A stretch of 64,000 nucleotides of DNA from assembly GCA_029882215.1 (NCBI GenBank), contig JAOULC010000007.1:13546-77545 (forward strand), written 5' to 3'. This document shows positions 61,569 through 64,000 of the stretch, in pieces. A program made the translations under genes and the position numbers. Position 1 is the stretch's first letter. Each line of letters begins with the position of its first letter. A model generated the notes under the pieces. The model was not told where the DNA came from. It made no database searches and saw only the letters and a program-made list of their open reading frames with translations. The DNA comes from Gammaproteobacteria bacterium. Lineage in GTDB: Bacteria; Pseudomonadota; Gammaproteobacteria; SZUA-229.

Positions 61569-62213
61569 ATGGAGTTTATTAATACAATAATCTCATTCAT
61601 ACAGGACGGTGGTACTTTTATGTACCCGATACTGGTGGTATTTGCGATTGGCGCTGCAATTGCAATGGAAAGAAGTATCAACCTTTCTATTGTCAGAAAG
61701 AAAAACATTAAAGTTTGGGATGAGATTAATCCGGTAATGGCTGAGCATGACTTTGACAAAGCCAGAGAAATGACCACCGGTGATAATTCTGCCATCGCCA
61801 CACTGATCAGTATGGGACTGGCCAGAGAGGGCACTGTGCGCCGCCGTGACGATATCGAAATCGGCATGGAAGAAGCCATGCTGGAAATCACTCCGCAGCT
61901 GGAAAAACGCACCGCTTATGTTGCGTTGTTAGCCAATATATCGACCCTGCTGGGCTTACTTGGAACCATCATGGGACTGATCGAGGCCTTTACCGCGGTT
62001 GCTAATGCAAACCCGGCTGAAAAAGCGGACATGTTATCTGCCAGTATTTCGGTAGCGATGAACACCACGGCCTTTGGTCTGATTGCAGCGATTCCTTTAC
62101 TAATTTTTCATGCGTTCTTAATCTCCAAAACCAGTGATATTACAAATAGTCTTGAAATGGTTTCGGTAAAAACACTGAACTACATTACTGATTCTGCAAG
62201 ACGTCAGGGGTAG
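61569..62213 (+). CDS. MotA/TolQ/ExbB-family proton channel protein
   Basis: 214 aa with 3 TM segments. The conserved C-terminal TM region …TLLGLLGTIMGLIEAF… is typical of TolQ/ExbB. Confidence 0.85.
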   Translation: MEFINTIISFIQDGGTFMYPILVVFAIGAAIAMERSINLSIVRKKNIKVWDEINPVMAEHDFDKAREMTTGDNSAIATLISMGLAREGTVRRRDDIEIGMEEAMLEITPQLEKRTAYVALLANISTLLGLLGTIMGLIEAFTAVANANPAEKADMLSASISVAMNTTAFGLIAAIPLLIFHAFLISKTSDITNSLEMVSVKTLNYITDSARRQG

Positions 62214-62221
62214 GTACTGAT

Positions 62222-62725
62222 ATGTCCCGTGCTCGTCGTCGTAAAGGTCTGGATAAAGAACCACCGGAACTGGATATCACCACCTTCCTGAATCTGATGG
62301 TTGTATTGATTCCATTTTTGCTGCTTTCTGCTGTTTTCTCTCGCATCACGATAATGGAGCTTGATGTTCCAACAGCCGGTGTTGGTGGTGCTAAAAATGA
62401 AAAGCCCACACTGGAGCTGGAAGTTATAGTACGCAAAAAAGTGATCGAAATCAGTAACGGCAAAGGTGTTGTTGCCCGCATGGCCAACATTGACGAGAAA
62501 TATGATATTGAAAAATTATCGGACTACCTGCAAAAAATTAAAAAAAATTACCCCGATAAAACTGACGCTATCATCTTGATGGAACGCACGCTTGAGTATG
62601 AACATTTAATTACAATTATGGATGTTGTACGAAGTGCTTCTTATAAAGACATGACAAATCCGGCCTCACCAATGACCAAGCAAACCATTCTATTTCCACA
62701 TATCTCAGTTGGCGATGCCCCATGA
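62222..62725 (+). CDS. ExbD/TolR-family protein (paralogue 1)
   Basis: The N-terminal basic segment and single TM (ITTFLNLMVVLIPFLL) are typical of ExbD/TolR. 167 aa. Confidence 0.8.
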   Translation: MSRARRRKGLDKEPPELDITTFLNLMVVLIPFLLLSAVFSRITIMELDVPTAGVGGAKNEKPTLELEVIVRKKVIEISNGKGVVARMANIDEKYDIEKLSDYLQKIKKNYPDKTDAIILMERTLEYEHLITIMDVVRSASYKDMTNPASPMTKQTILFPHISVGDAP

Positions 62726-63219
62726 AAGTTTCCCGCCGCATGAAGCGGATGTCTTCAACCAACAAGCATAAAGCAGGAGGGCTAAGCCTTGTTTCATTAA
62801 TGGATGTATTTACCATACTGGTATTCTTCCTGCTGACCAACTCATCATCTGATGAAGTGTTAACTAACCCGAAAGAAATTGCCTTGCCGGAGTCGTCGAT
62901 AGAGACCAAGCCACGCACCACGATTGTCATCTTTGTCGGCGCTGAAACCATCCTGGTACAGGGTGAGATCGTGATGTTAACGGCGGATGCACTCGAGCAA
63001 AAAGCAGAAATTCTCAGGCCGGTAAAAGACAAACTACTGGCGCAAAAAGACAACGTAATTGGTGTCTCTACAAAGGCTATTGCCGAGAGCACCGAGGTTA
63101 CCGTGCTGGCTGATAAAAAGGTACCTTTCTATTTGCTAAAGAAAATTATGACGACAAGTACCAGTTCAGGGTATGAAAAAATCTCCCTGGCGGTAATCCA
63201 GAAAGCAGCTAAAAGCTAG
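62722..63219 (+). CDS. ExbD/TolR-family protein (paralogue 2)
   Basis: Single TM SLMDVFTILVFFLL, 165 aa, with an ATGA overlap with paralogue 1. Confidence 0.8.
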   Translation: MKVSRRMKRMSSTNKHKAGGLSLVSLMDVFTILVFFLLTNSSSDEVLTNPKEIALPESSIETKPRTTIVIFVGAETILVQGEIVMLTADALEQKAEILRPVKDKLLAQKDNVIGVSTKAIAESTEVTVLADKKVPFYLLKKIMTTSTSSGYEKISLAVIQKAAKS

Positions 63220-63228
63220 AGTGATATT

Positions 63229-64000
63229 GTGACGACCTTAGCTTCATCAAAACAACAGGACTTAGACAGCCAGATTCAGCAGGCTACACGTGAGCACGAG
63301 CAGTTAAAGCAAAAGCTGCTGACTGTAGAAACCGAGCTTGAAGACAAACTCGGCCAGCTTTCAGACTATCAGCAACTGATTGAAATCAGCAACCAGCTTG
63401 AACAGTTACACAGCTCCGGTGCCGGCCAGCTTTTCTGGGAAGGATTGTTTTCAAGCGAGCAGGAACTGATATCACATATTGCTGTACTGCGTAAAAAAGC
63501 AAGCGACTACGATGCCGCCATCGAAGCCATCAGACAGAAAAAACTGGACGTAGAACACAAGATTAAAGATGTCATTCACAAAATGGCATTTCTTGAGGAA
63601 GATCTCCAGTTACTGCAGGAACTGGAAGCTGACAAAGAAAATGACTTTAATGTTACCCGTGATATAGACAGACTCCCGCACCGGGAAACCATCATGCCAT
63701 GGAGCGGTACCAAAGAAGATCAGAGACGAATCCGCTCTTTTTTGTTGCTGGCCATTATATTCAGCATCTCATCCGCTCTGCTTATTCCTTTATGGACTCA
63801 GCCCATTCCTGATAAAGATGAAGTAGTTAAAATACCTGAGCGCCTGACTAAATTTATTGAGAAGAAAAAGGAAAAAGAAAAACCCAAGCCTGAAGCTAAA
63901 ACGCAGAAAAAGGCTGCCTCATCCGATACCAAGCCAACTGAAAAGGAAACCAAGAAAGCGCGTGAAAAAGCTGCTAATTCTGGCCTGCTGGCTTTCAAAA
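63229..64000 (+). CDS. TonB/TolA-like energy-transducer protein with long cytoplasmic coiled-coil N-terminal domain (3'-partial, continues beyond the window)
   Basis: Manual translation from GTG 63229: ~165 aa of heptad-rich coiled coil, then a single TM (FLLLAIIFSISSALLIPLW), then a Lys/Glu/Pro-rich linker (KKKEKEKPKPEAKTQKK…). No stop codon occurs before the window ends. Confidence 0.6.
   Translation, partial: MTTLASSKQQDLDSQIQQATREHEQLKQKLLTVETELEDKLGQLSDYQQLIEISNQLEQLHSSGAGQLFWEGLFSSEQELISHIAVLRKKASDYDAAIEAIRQKKLDVEHKIKDVIHKMAFLEEDLQLLQELEADKENDFNVTRDIDRLPHRETIMPWSGTKEDQRRIRSFLLLAIIFSISSALLIPLWTQPIPDKDEVVKIPERLTKFIEKKKEKEKPKPEAKTQKKAASSDTKPTEKETKKAREKAANSGLLAFK

Noticed and set aside
1-64000. 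CRISPR arrays, tRNA/rRNA genes, transposases and prophage remnants
   Set aside because: I found no regularly spaced direct repeats, tRNA-like T-arm motifs in intergenic regions, transposase or integrase genes (other than XerC), or phage structural genes on inspection. The larger intergenic regions (23763-24429, 45952-46502, 5990-6309, 54462-54769) look like promoter or UTR DNA.

Overview
This 64 kb window looks like chromosomal DNA from a Gram-negative, probably marine, gammaproteobacterium. It has moderate to low GC content and Pseudomonas-like local synteny (cytochrome c4, dsbA, engB, polA, thrB; dapF-yigA-xerC; ubiE-ubiJ-ubiB; hslVU). Most of it is housekeeping. The annotated genes are: an NADH dehydrogenase II 3' end; NhaD and SLC13/TrkA-C transporters; an orphan histidine kinase; a SulP anion transporter; a ThiI-like PP-loop ATPase with TusA; a beta-carbonic anhydrase; an orphan CheY; a divergent cell-wall module (transglutaminase-like secreted protein, two LPP20-like lipoproteins, an MltC-like lytic transglycosylase); five GGDEF/EAL signalling proteins; DsbA; System II cytochrome c biogenesis (ResB/CcsA) with cytochrome c4; EngB; PolA; a LOG-family protein; ThrB; UvrD; UbiE/UbiJ/UbiB; DUF971; HslVU; XerC with DUF484 and DapF; TRAP DctPQM; TauE; and a DUF938 methyltransferase. 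I found no CRISPR arrays, transposases, prophage genes or rRNA/tRNA genes.

The most interesting content is at the 3' end (about 54.7 to 64 kb, continuing beyond the window). It is a tightly packed co-directional operon encoding a secreted protein, three TPR proteins (two of them lipoproteins, one 1095 aa), a small secreted protein, one MotA/TolQ/ExbB channel, two paralogous ExbD/TolR subunits, and a TonB/TolA-like protein with an unusual ~165 aa cytoplasmic coiled-coil N-terminus. This architecture resembles the conserved Agl-Glt core (TolQ plus two TolR, large TPR proteins, a TonB-like protein). That core is found outside gliding bacteria and its function there is unknown.

Other candidates are: an uncharacterised three-gene envelope operon (DUF2062 / TIGR03545-like / membrane-anchored protein); a SulP / ThiI-like PP-loop / TusA / beta-CA sulfur-trafficking neighbourhood; a structured candidate sRNA or 3' UTR element downstream of polA at the locus where spf lies in enterics; and an HslV gene with no canonical Met-Thr start.
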